From Candidatus Doudnabacteria bacterium (GTDB lineage Bacteria > Patescibacteriota > Doudnabacteria > UBA920): a stretch of DNA of 64,000 nucleotides. Shown piece by piece: positions 41,399 to 50,010 of the stretch. The notes under the pieces are model-generated. The model was not told the DNA's origin. It made no database searches and saw only the letters and a list, made by a program, of their open reading frames with translations. The position numbers were made by a program, and so were the translations under genes. The stretch is from contig JADZEH010000024.1 in assembly GCA_020850635.1 (NCBI GenBank), positions 8,617 through 72,616 on the forward strand. The letters are read 5' to 3'. Numbering within the stretch: the stretch's first letter is position 1; every line of letters begins with the position of its first letter.

Positions 41399-41932
41399 AT
41401 GACTTTTGACCGCAGAGATAACGAACCATATCTCAAGCTCAACGACCAACTATACCAACGAACGTTAAGCGGAAGTATGGCAACAAACCATGCCCTGTTT
41501 CACTCCATCGTCATAGAGGCGATGAAGATGTTCGCAGACGTGCCCGGATGGGAGGAAAGAACTGGAGCGTACTGGGCAATTGCGGGCATCTACACCGAAG
41601 AGTCTTACGCTGCGGGCTACGCGGGTAACAACGGTTACTCAGCAGGTGAACAATTTCGATTGCGATGCAAAGAAAAGCTGGCACGTTTGGCGTCGCACCG
41701 ACATCACTTGAGCAGTGCCGAAAGCCGGAACCCTGATCGGCTCCAATTCGGAGGAGCGATCCGTACCAACTGGTACATGCTCTCGATGTCGGGACTACCC
41801 GAAGACGGCGACGAAATCTGCGTGCTCAAATTCGCTGTGGAGCGCTCCTGGCTCACCGACGACCAGGCAAAGCAGATCGCCGAGATCAGCGACAACTGGC
41901 TTTGGAAAGAGTTCTCTGAATTGCTCTTCTAG
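41399..41932 (+). CDS. Hypothetical protein, compositionally foreign (~53% GC), inserted within a tRNA cluster
   Basis: ATG at 41399 after a strong SD. The ORF-track start at 41321 is a TTG that coincides with the -35 box. 177 aa, MTFDRRDNEPYLKLNDQLYQRTLSGS... No recognised domain. Confidence 0.55.
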   Translation: MTFDRRDNEPYLKLNDQLYQRTLSGSMATNHALFHSIVIEAMKMFADVPGWEERTGAYWAIAGIYTEESYAAGYAGNNGYSAGEQFRLRCKEKLARLASHRHHLSSAESRNPDRLQFGGAIRTNWYMLSMSGLPEDGDEICVLKFAVERSWLTDDQAKQIAEISDNWLWKEFSELLF

Positions 41933-41962
41933 CAGACTGCGCCACAACGGCGCGACGTTCCA

Positions 41963-42001
41963 CCCTGCCCCTCCATCTCGGAGCGGCAGGGGATTTTTTT
42001 A
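41963..42001 (+). terminator. Intrinsic terminator (ccctgcc...ggcaggg, T7) for the high-GC ORF
   Basis: GC-rich stem with a nested ctcc/ggag inner stem, followed by seven Ts. Confidence 0.7.
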
Positions 42002-42012
42002 TCCAATAACAA

Positions 42013-42038
42013 AAGACACCTCATTTGAGGTGTCTTTT
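42013..42038. terminator. Bidirectional hairpin terminator (aagacacctc/gaggtgtctt) that also ends the tRNA-Thr/tRNA-Tyr transcript on the minus strand
   Basis: 10-bp stem, 4-nt loop, with A-run and T-run flanks. Directly abuts the tRNA-Tyr 3-prime end. Confidence 0.6.
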
Positions 42039-42039
42039 G

Positions 42040-42125
42040 TGGTGGGCCGAGAAGGATTCGAACCTTCGAAGGCAAAAGCCAGCAGATTTACAGTCTGCCC
42101 CCGTTGACCGCTTGGGTATCGACCC
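42040..42125 (-). tRNA. tRNA-Tyr (anticodon GUA), class II with long variable arm
   Basis: Reverse complement GGGUCGAUACCCAAGCGGUCAACGGGGGCAGACUGUAAAUCUGC...GGUUCGAAUCC...CCCACCA. 86 nt. Confidence 0.9.
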
Positions 42126-42201
42126 TGGAGCCGTTTTGCGGGATCGAACCGCAGACCTTCTCCTTACCATGGAGATGCTCTACCAACTGAGCTAAAACGG
42201 C
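42126..42201 (-). tRNA. tRNA-Thr (anticodon GGU)
   Basis: Reverse complement GCCGUUUUAGCUCAGUUGGUAGAGCAUCUCCAUGGUAAGGAGA...GGUUCGAUCCC...AAACGGCUCCA. Immediately adjacent to tRNA-Tyr. Confidence 0.9.
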
Positions 42202-42233
42202 ACACTATACTATCAAAATACCAAAAAACTATA

Positions 42234-42983
42234 TCATCGTTTCCGCTTCTTGTCTAGATCGGCATGCAGGTGTTGATACTTTTTATTCAGCGGTTCAAGC
42301 GCTAAAGCTTTCTCCGCGGTCTCAACGGCTAAGTCTAACTCCCCTGCACCCTCGTATGCCAAAGCAAGATTGTAAAAACGATTGGGATGAGTCGCATCTA
42401 ACGCTACAGACTTTTCATAAAGACGAGTAGCTTCAACCGCAAACCCTAAACGTAACTTACAGTAGCCGAACTTAGCATAGTAACTGCTATTGGCTGTATC
42501 ATGGTTTACTAGATACTCATAAACATTTGAAGCTTCACTATAGTTACGCAAATCTAAATAGTACTCACCAAGATTTTTGTAGTGCTCAAGATTATGCGGA
42601 TCTTTTTTGATGAGCATGAGAAAATAGTTCTCATCACGAATCATCTGAGGTTCAGGTCGGGCTGACAGTCCATCGATACCGTTACGTTTTGGTTTAGGTT
42701 TAAAGATTTGTTTGATCTTGTAACCGACCACAGCCTGATGACGCATTCCTTTTGCTTCCAAAACAAAATTCCATAAACGTTTAAGCCAATATGAAAACTT
42801 AGCTTTAATCACCCCAACCCAACGACGAAAGTCATCACGGGTTAAGAACCCTAAACGTTCACCACGCTTTTCTTCTTCCTCTTCTGTTAGCGCAGCCGCT
42901 TCCGGCAATCGTCGAACTATCAGCATAATAATGCCGACAATCCCGATGAGTAAAATTATGTTTGGAAATATTTGGTAAGCCAC
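42234..42983 (-). CDS. Membrane-anchored TPR-repeat protein
   Basis: N-terminal TM helix followed by tetratricopeptide-like repeats (YYLDLRNYSEASNVYEYL, YNLALAYEGAGELDLAVETAEKAL). Confidence 0.65.
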   Translation of the reverse strand: MAYQIFPNIILLIGIVGIIMLIVRRLPEAAALTEEEEEKRGERLGFLTRDDFRRWVGVIKAKFSYWLKRLWNFVLEAKGMRHQAVVGYKIKQIFKPKPKRNGIDGLSARPEPQMIRDENYFLMLIKKDPHNLEHYKNLGEYYLDLRNYSEASNVYEYLVNHDTANSSYYAKFGYCKLRLGFAVEATRLYEKSVALDATHPNRFYNLALAYEGAGELDLAVETAEKALALEPLNKKYQHLHADLDKKRKR

Positions 42984-43038
42984 TGTTACGAAACGTGGGC
43001 GCAGGAAAGTTTTGTCCTACACCCACGAGAGTTTAATT

Positions 43039-43629
43039 TTAACTACCTAAAACGTAACGAGCAAAACGACGAACCTGAACGTTCTCACCCATCTTGGCCA
43101 CACCATTACTAATGAGCTGGCTGATTTTCACATTTGGGTCTTTAACAAAAGGTTGTTCAAGTAAACAGACTTCTTCAAAGAATTTCTCAAGCTTGCCTTC
43201 AATCATCTTCGCGACGACATCATCTGGTTTACCTTGGCCAGCAGACTGCTCCTTGTAAATTTCACGTTCTTTCTCAATAACTTCGGCAGGAACTTCTTCA
43301 CGACTGACATACAATGGATTTGCTGCTGCAATATGAAGAGAGAGTTCTTTAGCTAAATTTTTGAAGTCATCAGTGCGAGCAACGAAGTCAGTTTCGCAGT
43401 TGAGTTCAACTAGAACACCGACGCGACCACCAGCATGAATGTAACTTTCAACGATACCTTCACGAGCTTCACGGTCGGCTTTCTTAGCGAGTTTAGTTAC
43501 GCCCTTTTTGCGAAGGAGTTCCATCGCCTTTTCTTTATCACCACCGGCTTCAGAAAGTGCGCTTTGCACATCAAGAATACCAGCACCAGTTATTTCACGG
43601 ATTTCTTTAATGAGATTATTATCTGCCAT
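43039..43629 (-). CDS. tsf: Elongation factor Ts (short form)
   Basis: [44 protein letters not shown]-terminal UBA-like domain. 196 aa. Confidence 0.95.
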   Translation of the reverse strand: MADNNLIKEIREITGAGILDVQSALSEAGGDKEKAMELLRKKGVTKLAKKADREAREGIVESYIHAGGRVGVLVELNCETDFVARTDDFKNLAKELSLHIAAANPLYVSREEVPAEVIEKEREIYKEQSAGQGKPDDVVAKMIEGKLEKFFEEVCLLEQPFVKDPNVKISQLISNGVAKMGENVQVRRFARYVLGS

Positions 43630-43657
43630 GATTTATCTTTTAGTTTATTGTGAGAGA

Positions 43658-44395
43658 TTAAGCTGCAGCTGGTACAGAGTCTGTAGGCTTGGCTTCAATT
43701 TTAGAAGCGCCAGCTACTTTACCAGTATTGATCGCATCAGCAACGGACGCCGCAACTAATTCAATTGCTTGAGTCGCATCATCGTTTGCAGGAATTGGAT
43801 AGTCAGCTAATTCTGGGTTACTGTTGGTATCTACAACACCAACAATTTTGATTTTCATCTTACGAGCTTCTTTCAACGCAATTTCATCGTGATCGATAGA
43901 AGCGATGAACACTGCTTCTGGCATACGATGTAAGTCTTTGATACCAGCGAACAACTTCTGAAGTTTTTCAACTTCACGTTCAATAAGTAAACGTTCTTTC
44001 TTCGTGTAGCGCTGAGTGTAGGAATCGCTCTGTTGCTGTTCCATCAACTTTTCCATTTTGCGAATAGTTTTTTGGATAGTTCGGAAGTTAGTAAAAGTTC
44101 CACCTAACCAACGAACGTTAACGTAGGGCATGCCACAGCTTTCTGCGGCTTTCTTAACGATGTCGCGAGACTGACGTTTGGTGGCAATGAACAATACAGT
44201 ACCGCCACGGCTAGCTACATCGTGAACAAAACTAGTTGCTTTAAGCAATGCTTTCTTAGTTTTTTCGAGATCCAAAATATGGATATCATTACGAACCGTA
44301 TAAATATACGGTTTCATCTTCGCGTTCCATCTTGATGTTTTATGACCAAAATGAGCTCCGCTTTTAAGCAGATCTAACAAACTTACTTCTTTCAT
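43658..44395 (-). CDS. rpsB: 30S ribosomal protein S2
   Basis: LLKSGAHFGHKTSRWNAKMKPYIY signature. Upstream of tsf as in most bacteria. Confidence 0.95.
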   Translation of the reverse strand: MKEVSLLDLLKSGAHFGHKTSRWNAKMKPYIYTVRNDIHILDLEKTKKALLKATSFVHDVASRGGTVLFIATKRQSRDIVKKAAESCGMPYVNVRWLGGTFTNFRTIQKTIRKMEKLMEQQQSDSYTQRYTKKERLLIEREVEKLQKLFAGIKDLHRMPEAVFIASIDHDEIALKEARKMKIKIVGVVDTNSNPELADYPIPANDDATQAIELVAASVADAINTGKVAGASKIEAKPTDSVPAAA

Positions 44396-44508
44396 ACTAT
44401 ATCCTTATGCGTCCACCTCGCTACCGATAGTTCAGCCCGCAAGCGTTCCTAAAGGAGGATAAATGTGAGGTGTGCGTGATTAATAATGCCGCATTATTGT
44501 ACCATGCC

Positions 44509-44537
44509 TTGACGAAAATGGCAAATCCCGGTATACT
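44509..44537 (+). promoter_or_regulatory. Sigma70-like promoter TTGACG-17-TATACT upstream of rpmE
   Basis: -35 at 44509-44514, -10 at 44532-44537. Confidence 0.4.
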
Positions 44538-44560
44538 GATGTAACTTAACTCAAATCCCC

Positions 44561-44842
44561 ATGAAAAACGGAATTCACCCAGAATATAATACTGACACTG
44601 TTGTAAAATGCGCTTGTGGCAACACTTTCACTACCGGTTCTGTAGTCAAAGAAATCACTACTGAAATCTGCAGTAACTGCCACCCTTTTTACACTGGTAA
44701 GCAGAAACTCATCGATACTACTGGTACCGTTGATCGTTTCCGCAAAAAGCTCGAAGCAGCAACTAAACTTAAAGCTGTTAAAGCTGAGAAGAAACCTCGC
44801 AAAACTCGCGAGACCAAAGTTACCAAAACTGTCACCAAGTAA
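44561..44842 (+). CDS. rpmE: 50S ribosomal protein L31 with K-rich C-terminal extension
   Basis: [27 protein letters not shown]...[13 protein letters not shown]. Confidence 0.9.
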   Translation: MKNGIHPEYNTDTVVKCACGNTFTTGSVVKEITTEICSNCHPFYTGKQKLIDTTGTVDRFRKKLEAATKLKAVKAEKKPRKTRETKVTKTVTK

Positions 44843-44909
44843 CTATTATATCTTACATTCAAAACCGTCCCTGACTTTGGGGATGGTTTTATGTTAGACT
44901 AAGACTATT

Positions 44910-45974
44910 ATGAACCAAGCATTTACTGAAATTCTCAAAGAATATAACGGAATCACCGAACAATTAAGTTCTGGTGCAAGTGTTGATATGGCCGCGTTAG
45001 GGAAACGTCAATCTGAACTTTTACCCACTGTTGAGAAAATCCAACATTTAGAAAAGCTGGAGGCGGAACGAGCTGGTAATGAAAACTTACTTGAAAGCAC
45101 TGATCCTGAAATCAAAAGCATGGCTTTTGAAGAAGCTAAGATGCTTGAACAACAAATTCTCGAAATTACTGAGGCCATTGAAACCGATTTAATTCCCAAA
45201 GATGAGTATGATGACAAAAATGTCATCATTGAAATGCGCGCTGGGGCGGGTGGGGATGAATCCACTTTATTTGCTGCCGAAATGTTTCGAGCTTACAGCA
45301 AGTATGCCGAAAAACAAAAGTGGTCTATTCACATTGTCTCGTCTTCCAAAAGCGAAGTTGGTGGCTTTAAAGAAATTATTTTTGAAGTTAATGGCCGTGG
45401 TAACCCTGGACCTTACAGTAAGTTTAAATATGAATCTGGCGTACATCGTGTACAGCGTGTGCCAGAAACTGAAAAAGCGGGGCGAGTTCATACTTCTACG
45501 ATTACTATCGCTGTAATCCCCCAACTTGAAGAAAAAGACTTTTCGATTGAACTCAAGGACTTAAAGATTGAAGCCACAACTTCATCCGGTGCTGGTGGTC
45601 AGAGTGTTAACACAACTTACTCCGCGATTCGTATTGTCCACATTCCAACTGGCATCGTGGCCACTTGTCAGGACGAACGCTCGCAGTCTCAGAACAAAGA
45701 AAAGGCTATGGAAGTTATTCGTTCACGTGTTGCTGCGTATTATAGAGAGATTGAAGAGAAGAAAGCGACTGATGCCCGTCGTAGCCAAATTGGTACCGGC
45801 GATCGCAGTGAAAAAATTCGTACTTATAACTTCCCTCAAGATCGCATTACCGATCATCGTATTAACGAAAACTTCAACCAGATAAGCTTGGTTTTAGAAG
45901 GTCAGCTTGAAGATATTTTTGATGCTCTTGAAAAAGCTGACTTGCGTATGAAAAAAGAAAGCTTGCAGAAATAA
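44910..45974 (+). CDS. prfA: Peptide chain release factor 1
   Basis: GGQ motif ([11 protein letters not shown]) and PET (PxT-type) tripeptide [17 protein letters not shown]. Confidence 0.95.
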   Translation: MNQAFTEILKEYNGITEQLSSGASVDMAALGKRQSELLPTVEKIQHLEKLEAERAGNENLLESTDPEIKSMAFEEAKMLEQQILEITEAIETDLIPKDEYDDKNVIIEMRAGAGGDESTLFAAEMFRAYSKYAEKQKWSIHIVSSSKSEVGGFKEIIFEVNGRGNPGPYSKFKYESGVHRVQRVPETEKAGRVHTSTITIAVIPQLEEKDFSIELKDLKIEATTSSGAGGQSVNTTYSAIRIVHIPTGIVATCQDERSQSQNKEKAMEVIRSRVAAYYREIEEKKATDARRSQIGTGDRSEKIRTYNFPQDRITDHRINENFNQISLVLEGQLEDIFDALEKADLRMKKESLQK

Positions 45975-45975
45975 A

Positions 45976-46341
45976 ATGGCCGAAAAACTTTCACTTGAAC
46001 AGCACGAGCAAAACGACGAAGAGTTCCAAGAGTGGTACAACGCGGCTAAGGACACCTTAGCTGACCATTACGGTGTGACAGACCTTACCCCGATAGAAGC
46101 AACTCGACTGCAGCAGATTCTTCGAGAGGTGCTGGAGGATAATGCTTACTATATACGGAAGCGTGACTCAGAAAGTGAAAAAAGAGCTGATCATAATATT
46201 GTCATGCCTAATTCTGAAGCTATTGCGCGATGGTTTCTGGATTACAACATTAACATAAAAACTGATCCCGACGTAGAAAATAACATGGGGCGGTTCAAAG
46301 AAAATCTACGCTTTCTCCGCGAACAAGCACATAACCCATGA
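45976..46341 (+). CDS. Hypothetical protein wedged between prfA and prmC
   Basis: 121 aa. Starts 2 nt after the prfA stop, and its stop overlaps the prmC start (ATGA). Acidic, no recognised motif. Confidence 0.45.
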   Translation: MAEKLSLEQHEQNDEEFQEWYNAAKDTLADHYGVTDLTPIEATRLQQILREVLEDNAYYIRKRDSESEKRADHNIVMPNSEAIARWFLDYNINIKTDPDVENNMGRFKENLRFLREQAHNP

Positions 46342-47150
46342 CCATACAGGAGACCTTAAGTCTTTATTCAGATGCTGAATCTGATTTATTACTCTCTTTC
46401 GTACTAAAAAAGTCGAGAGATTTTTTGTATATCCATCCAGAAAAAAAGCTTACAACAAAACAACTAAAAGCTTTTAAGTCTCTAGTTGCACGACGCAAAA
46501 AAGGTGAGCCTGTAGCTTACCTATTGAGATATAAAGATTTCTTTGGATTGAAATTCAAAGTTACCAAAGATACGTTAGTTCCTCGTCCTGAAACCGAATG
46601 GGTTGTGGATCATATCCTCAATCAAAAACTTTCAAACAACACTTCAATTCTCGATTTAGGAACCGGCTCTGGATGTATCGCGATCAGCATAAAAAAGAAC
46701 ACTCCTAAACTTTCTGTAACTGCAAGCGATGTTTCGAAAAAAGCTTTACTTGTAGCAAAACAAAACGCCCGATCCCACAAAACTAAAATTAACTTTGTTC
46801 ACTCAAACTTACTTAGTAACTTATCAAACAAACATTTTGATATTATTATCGCTAACCTTCCTTACGGCTGGAATGTTTGGAAAAATAATAGCTCTATCGA
46901 AGCAAAAAGTTTAAAGTTTGAACCACAATTAGCACTATTTACCAAAGAAAACGGCTTATACCTCTATCGCCTTTTACTGCAACAAGTTTCAAAACTCAAA
47001 AAACAACCTAGCGTAATCTATTTAGAATTCGATCCACGACAAAAAACTAAACTCGCTAAACTTATAAAAACAATACTACCTAAAGCCAAAACTATTTTTC
47101 ATAAAGATTTAGCTGGGTTGTGGCGATACGTAGAAATAAAACGAGGCTAG
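46338..47150 (+). CDS. prmC: Release factor glutamine methyltransferase PrmC (HemK)
   Basis: SAM-binding LDLGTGSGCIAISI and IANLPYGW (NPPY-type) motif. Confidence 0.85.
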   Translation: MTIQETLSLYSDAESDLLLSFVLKKSRDFLYIHPEKKLTTKQLKAFKSLVARRKKGEPVAYLLRYKDFFGLKFKVTKDTLVPRPETEWVVDHILNQKLSNNTSILDLGTGSGCIAISIKKNTPKLSVTASDVSKKALLVAKQNARSHKTKINFVHSNLLSNLSNKHFDIIIANLPYGWNVWKNNSSIEAKSLKFEPQLALFTKENGLYLYRLLLQQVSKLKKQPSVIYLEFDPRQKTKLAKLIKTILPKAKTIFHKDLAGLWRYVEIKRG

Positions 47151-47602
47151 CCAAAATGCGCTAACCTCATGCTCTGACCCGGGTAACACTCGTCAAGTCC
47201 CCGAAGCATGAGCCCAGTCCTTGGATGAGCGGGGTCCATTGAGATTCTATGACGGACCACAGCCGCCTTTTTCTCGTCCTGTCCAAGATAGTGATACATC
47301 ACGTTCGATACCTGAATGATCATCTTAACTATTTCTCGCTTCCCTTCTTGGGGAAAGCGCGAGATAACAGCCTTAATGCTTCGCTCGCTCGGTATCATCT
47401 TCAACGCAAAAGCTGCATAGGTAATCGGCGCGGTCCTCCCTTCGCTCCCGATCACATAGTACGCTTTGTTCCGCCCTCGCAAGGTTATCTGATATTCGAA
47501 CCTCACGGACACGCCAGACCTGACAAACTCCGAAAAACCATGCAGGTCTCCAGACTCCTTCTGACACAGCTGAGAAAACACCGAGACCACCCTTCTTGCC
47601 AT
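47147..47602 (-). CDS. Hypothetical protein, compositionally foreign (~52% GC)
   Basis: ATG at 47600-47602 (minus) preceded by GGTAGGAGGT SD. The ORF track extends to 47635. 151 aa, MARRVVSVFSQLCQKESGDL... Putative promoter on minus at 47630-47658 (TTGACA, then TATGCT-like -10). Its stop overlaps the convergent prmC stop within GCTAGC. Confidence 0.5.
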   Translation of the reverse strand: MARRVVSVFSQLCQKESGDLHGFSEFVRSGVSVRFEYQITLRGRNKAYYVIGSEGRTAPITYAAFALKMIPSERSIKAVISRFPQEGKREIVKMIIQVSNVMYHYLGQDEKKAAVVRHRISMDPAHPRTGLMLRGLDECYPGQSMRLAHFG

Positions 47603-47670
47603 CACACACCTCCTACCCATTGATGACATTAGCATACTCGAACATCAAAGTTTGTCAAAATCTACACAAC

Positions 47671-47696
47671 AAAAAACCCGCCACATCGGCGGGTTT
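47671..47696 (-). terminator. Intrinsic terminator after rplY (cccgcc/ggcggg)
   Basis: On the minus strand, hairpin followed by T6. Confidence 0.6.
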
Positions 47697-47702
47697 AAAA
47701 TG

Positions 47703-48377
47703 TTATTCTTTTTTCTCAGCGTCTTTATTTTCAGCACCTTCTTCAGCTGGCTTGTCTTCAGCCGCGCCTTCAACAGCACTAATATCTTCAACAACAGGTT
47801 CAGCGAGTTCAGCTTCGATATCACGAGGAGCTTGTGTGTTAGCCACAGTTTCTTCGGGATCAGATGTTACAACAACACCCTTTGGAAGCTTGATGTCCTT
47901 AACCAAAATAGAATCATCAAAAGTTTTCAATACCGAAATATCAATTTCAAGACTGTGAGGCAAATCGCCTGGCAAACATTCAACTTCAATTTCGTCGATA
48001 ACCTTAAGTAAAGTTCCACCTAAGATCTTGACTGCATCAGACTCACCTACGAATTCCAAAGGAACTGTAGCGGTAAGTTTTTCAGTCATACTAACTTCGT
48101 AGAAATCAACGTGAGTAATGGTACCAGTTAAGTAATGCTTCTGAATGGCTTGGATCAAAACGTTATGGGTTTTGCCATCATCTGTTTTAAGTTCAACAAT
48201 CGTACTTTCACCAGCTTTGCGGAAAAGTTTTTCAAACTCACCCTGAGCGACAGTTACGTGTACGTTGGGAATGTTATGTCCATACAAAACCGCTGGAATA
48301 GAACCCTGACCGCGCACGTTGTTTGCGGTAGCAGCCTGAACCTCTCGCGCTTTTGCTTGTAATTGCAGTTTTTCCAT
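47703..48377 (-). CDS. rplY: 50S ribosomal protein L25 / general stress protein Ctc
   Basis: 224 aa. L25 beta-barrel N-domain plus acidic C-terminal extension typical of Ctc forms. Confidence 0.9.
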   Translation of the reverse strand: MEKLQLQAKAREVQAATANNVRGQGSIPAVLYGHNIPNVHVTVAQGEFEKLFRKAGESTIVELKTDDGKTHNVLIQAIQKHYLTGTITHVDFYEVSMTEKLTATVPLEFVGESDAVKILGGTLLKVIDEIEVECLPGDLPHSLEIDISVLKTFDDSILVKDIKLPKGVVVTSDPEETVANTQAPRDIEAELAEPVVEDISAVEGAAEDKPAEEGAENKDAEKKE

Positions 48378-48446
48378 TGCTATCTGAGTAAATAATATCT
48401 GCTAAAGTATACCAAATACTGATGTTTTTGGCAAGTCCTATATCCA

Positions 48447-48476
48447 AAAAGCCCCCGCATCTGCGGGGGCTTTTAA
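48447..48476. terminator. Bidirectional hairpin terminator (agcccccgca/gcgggggctt)
   Basis: 9-bp GC stem with A-run and T-run flanks, located after the 120-aa gene on the minus strand. Confidence 0.55.
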
Positions 48477-48484
48477 AAGTTTAT

Positions 48485-48847
48485 CTATATCTTCCCTATG
48501 GCTTTAACTAAGTTGCCATCGAACTTCTTGAGAGTTTTGTGAATATTGATAATGTCGTCAGTATTAATTGGGTTGTATTTGCGGAACTTTATTGTGTCTT
48601 TACTGGTGAGATCGGTGATCATTCCAACACTAACAATATCAGGGCCAGTAATATCAATATTACACATCACCGAACTTTTACACTTTTCACAGTCGGCGTG
48701 AATCATAACGCGAGCGTCATTGGTCTGTTCATCATAAATAGTTTCGATCACTTGGATCCGTTCAAAATTATATTTAAACTGACAAATCTGACAGCGTAAA
48801 ACCACGCCGAGCCACGCAATCACTTTTTTAAAATCAATGTTTTTCAT
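48485..48847 (-). CDS. Hypothetical zinc-ribbon-like protein
   Basis: 120 aa with CQICQ...CEKCK (two CxxC pairs). Confidence 0.45.
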   Translation of the reverse strand: MKNIDFKKVIAWLGVVLRCQICQFKYNFERIQVIETIYDEQTNDARVMIHADCEKCKSSVMCNIDITGPDIVSVGMITDLTSKDTIKFRKYNPINTDDIINIHKTLKKFDGNLVKAIGKI

Positions 48848-48904
48848 AATGGGCAGTTCAATTCTTTACAGCAATTACATTAATATCAGTATATCAACGC
48901 CTTT

Positions 48905-50005
48905 TTAAAAACGCAATGTTTTTGATTGTCTGGCGATATTCTGCACAATTCCCAGCGCAATTAAGACAGTTAACAGCGAACTCCCACCATAACTTAAGAA
49001 TGGAAGCGGAATTCCTGTGACAGGCATCAAACCAATATTCATACCAATGTTAATCGAAATTTGACCAAATAACATAAATAAAACTCCACCGACAATATAA
49101 TAAGCTAAGTCATCTTTAGTGTTACGCATTATATAGAGGAGTCGGTTAAGCAACAAAAAGTATAGAATTAACAAAGCTGAAACACCAACGAATCCAATTT
49201 CTTCACTTGCGGATGCGAAAATGAAATCCGTTTGGCGTTCTGGTAAAAAGTTTAACTGCCCTTGCAGTCCCTGGCCCAAACCCCGCCCAAAAATTTGACC
49301 ACTCCCAACGGCAATCGTCGCCTGCCGAACATTATAACCTTGACCGCGCGGATCAAGCTCCGGATTAATAAATACTTCGATGCGCCGTTTCTGATAATCA
49401 TGCAAGACAAACTTCCAAGATATACCAGAAACTATCAAAGCTAAAATAATCAAAGCGGCTAAATATTTTTTGTGCATGGGACTAATTAAAATCAACCCAG
49501 CCCACACCCCGATCAAAATAATACTGGAGCCAAGATCGGGTTCGCGCATAATTAAAATTGCTGGAATACCAGTGTATAACAGAGTTATAGCAATACTTTT
49601 CCAAGTGTTAATTTGGCCACGCTTCAAATATAGCCAGCGTGATAACCCAACAATAACTACAATCTTTGCAAACTCAGCTGGTTGCAATTGGAAAAACCCA
49701 AGATCAATCCAACGAGTACTTCCTTTAATCTCACGACCAAAAACCAAAACGAAAATCAATAACAATAAAATTGCGATATAACCGTACTTACTGACTTTGG
49801 ACAGACTTTGGTAATCATAAAATGAAAAAAAGAAATAAACTGCTAAGCCAATTCCAGCAAATAAGAGTTGACGCCAAAAAATTTCCATGTTCGCCCCCGA
49901 TACCGAAGTCCCATAAAGAATAACTAGTCCTATTAAAAGCAAAAGGCCGCAGATTATCTGCAGCGGAACATCAAAAGATTTAAATTTGCTAAAAAAATTA
50001 AACAT
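48905..50005 (-). CDS. SEDS-family cell cycle protein (FtsW/RodA)
   Basis: 10-TM architecture with FIFASASEEIGFVGV and SYGGSSLL motifs. Confidence 0.9.
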   Translation of the reverse strand: MFNFFSKFKSFDVPLQIICGLLLLIGLVILYGTSVSGANMEIFWRQLLFAGIGLAVYFFFSFYDYQSLSKVSKYGYIAILLLLIFVLVFGREIKGSTRWIDLGFFQLQPAEFAKIVVIVGLSRWLYLKRGQINTWKSIAITLLYTGIPAILIMREPDLGSSIILIGVWAGLILISPMHKKYLAALIILALIVSGISWKFVLHDYQKRRIEVFINPELDPRGQGYNVRQATIAVGSGQIFGRGLGQGLQGQLNFLPERQTDFIFASASEEIGFVGVSALLILYFLLLNRLLYIMRNTKDDLAYYIVGGVLFMLFGQISINIGMNIGLMPVTGIPLPFLSYGGSSLLTVLIALGIVQNIARQSKTLRF

Positions 50006-50010
50006 GTGTT

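Noticed and set aside
41704-42107. Overlapping ORFs 41704-41895 (-) and 41715-42107 (+)
   Set aside because: They lie inside or across the terminators and tRNA-Tyr, and are alternate frames of high-GC DNA. They are not supported by translation signals.
47147-47152. GCTAGC (NheI site) at the convergent stop overlap as evidence of cloning
   Set aside because: A single 6-bp palindrome formed by two overlapping TAG stops is expected by chance. It is noted but not taken as evidence of engineering on its own.
47249-47623. 124-aa plus-strand ORF and 47373-47609 minus ORF overlapping the high-GC gene at 47147-47602
   Set aside because: Same reasoning. Only the 47147-47602 minus frame is preceded by an SD and promoter-like boxes.
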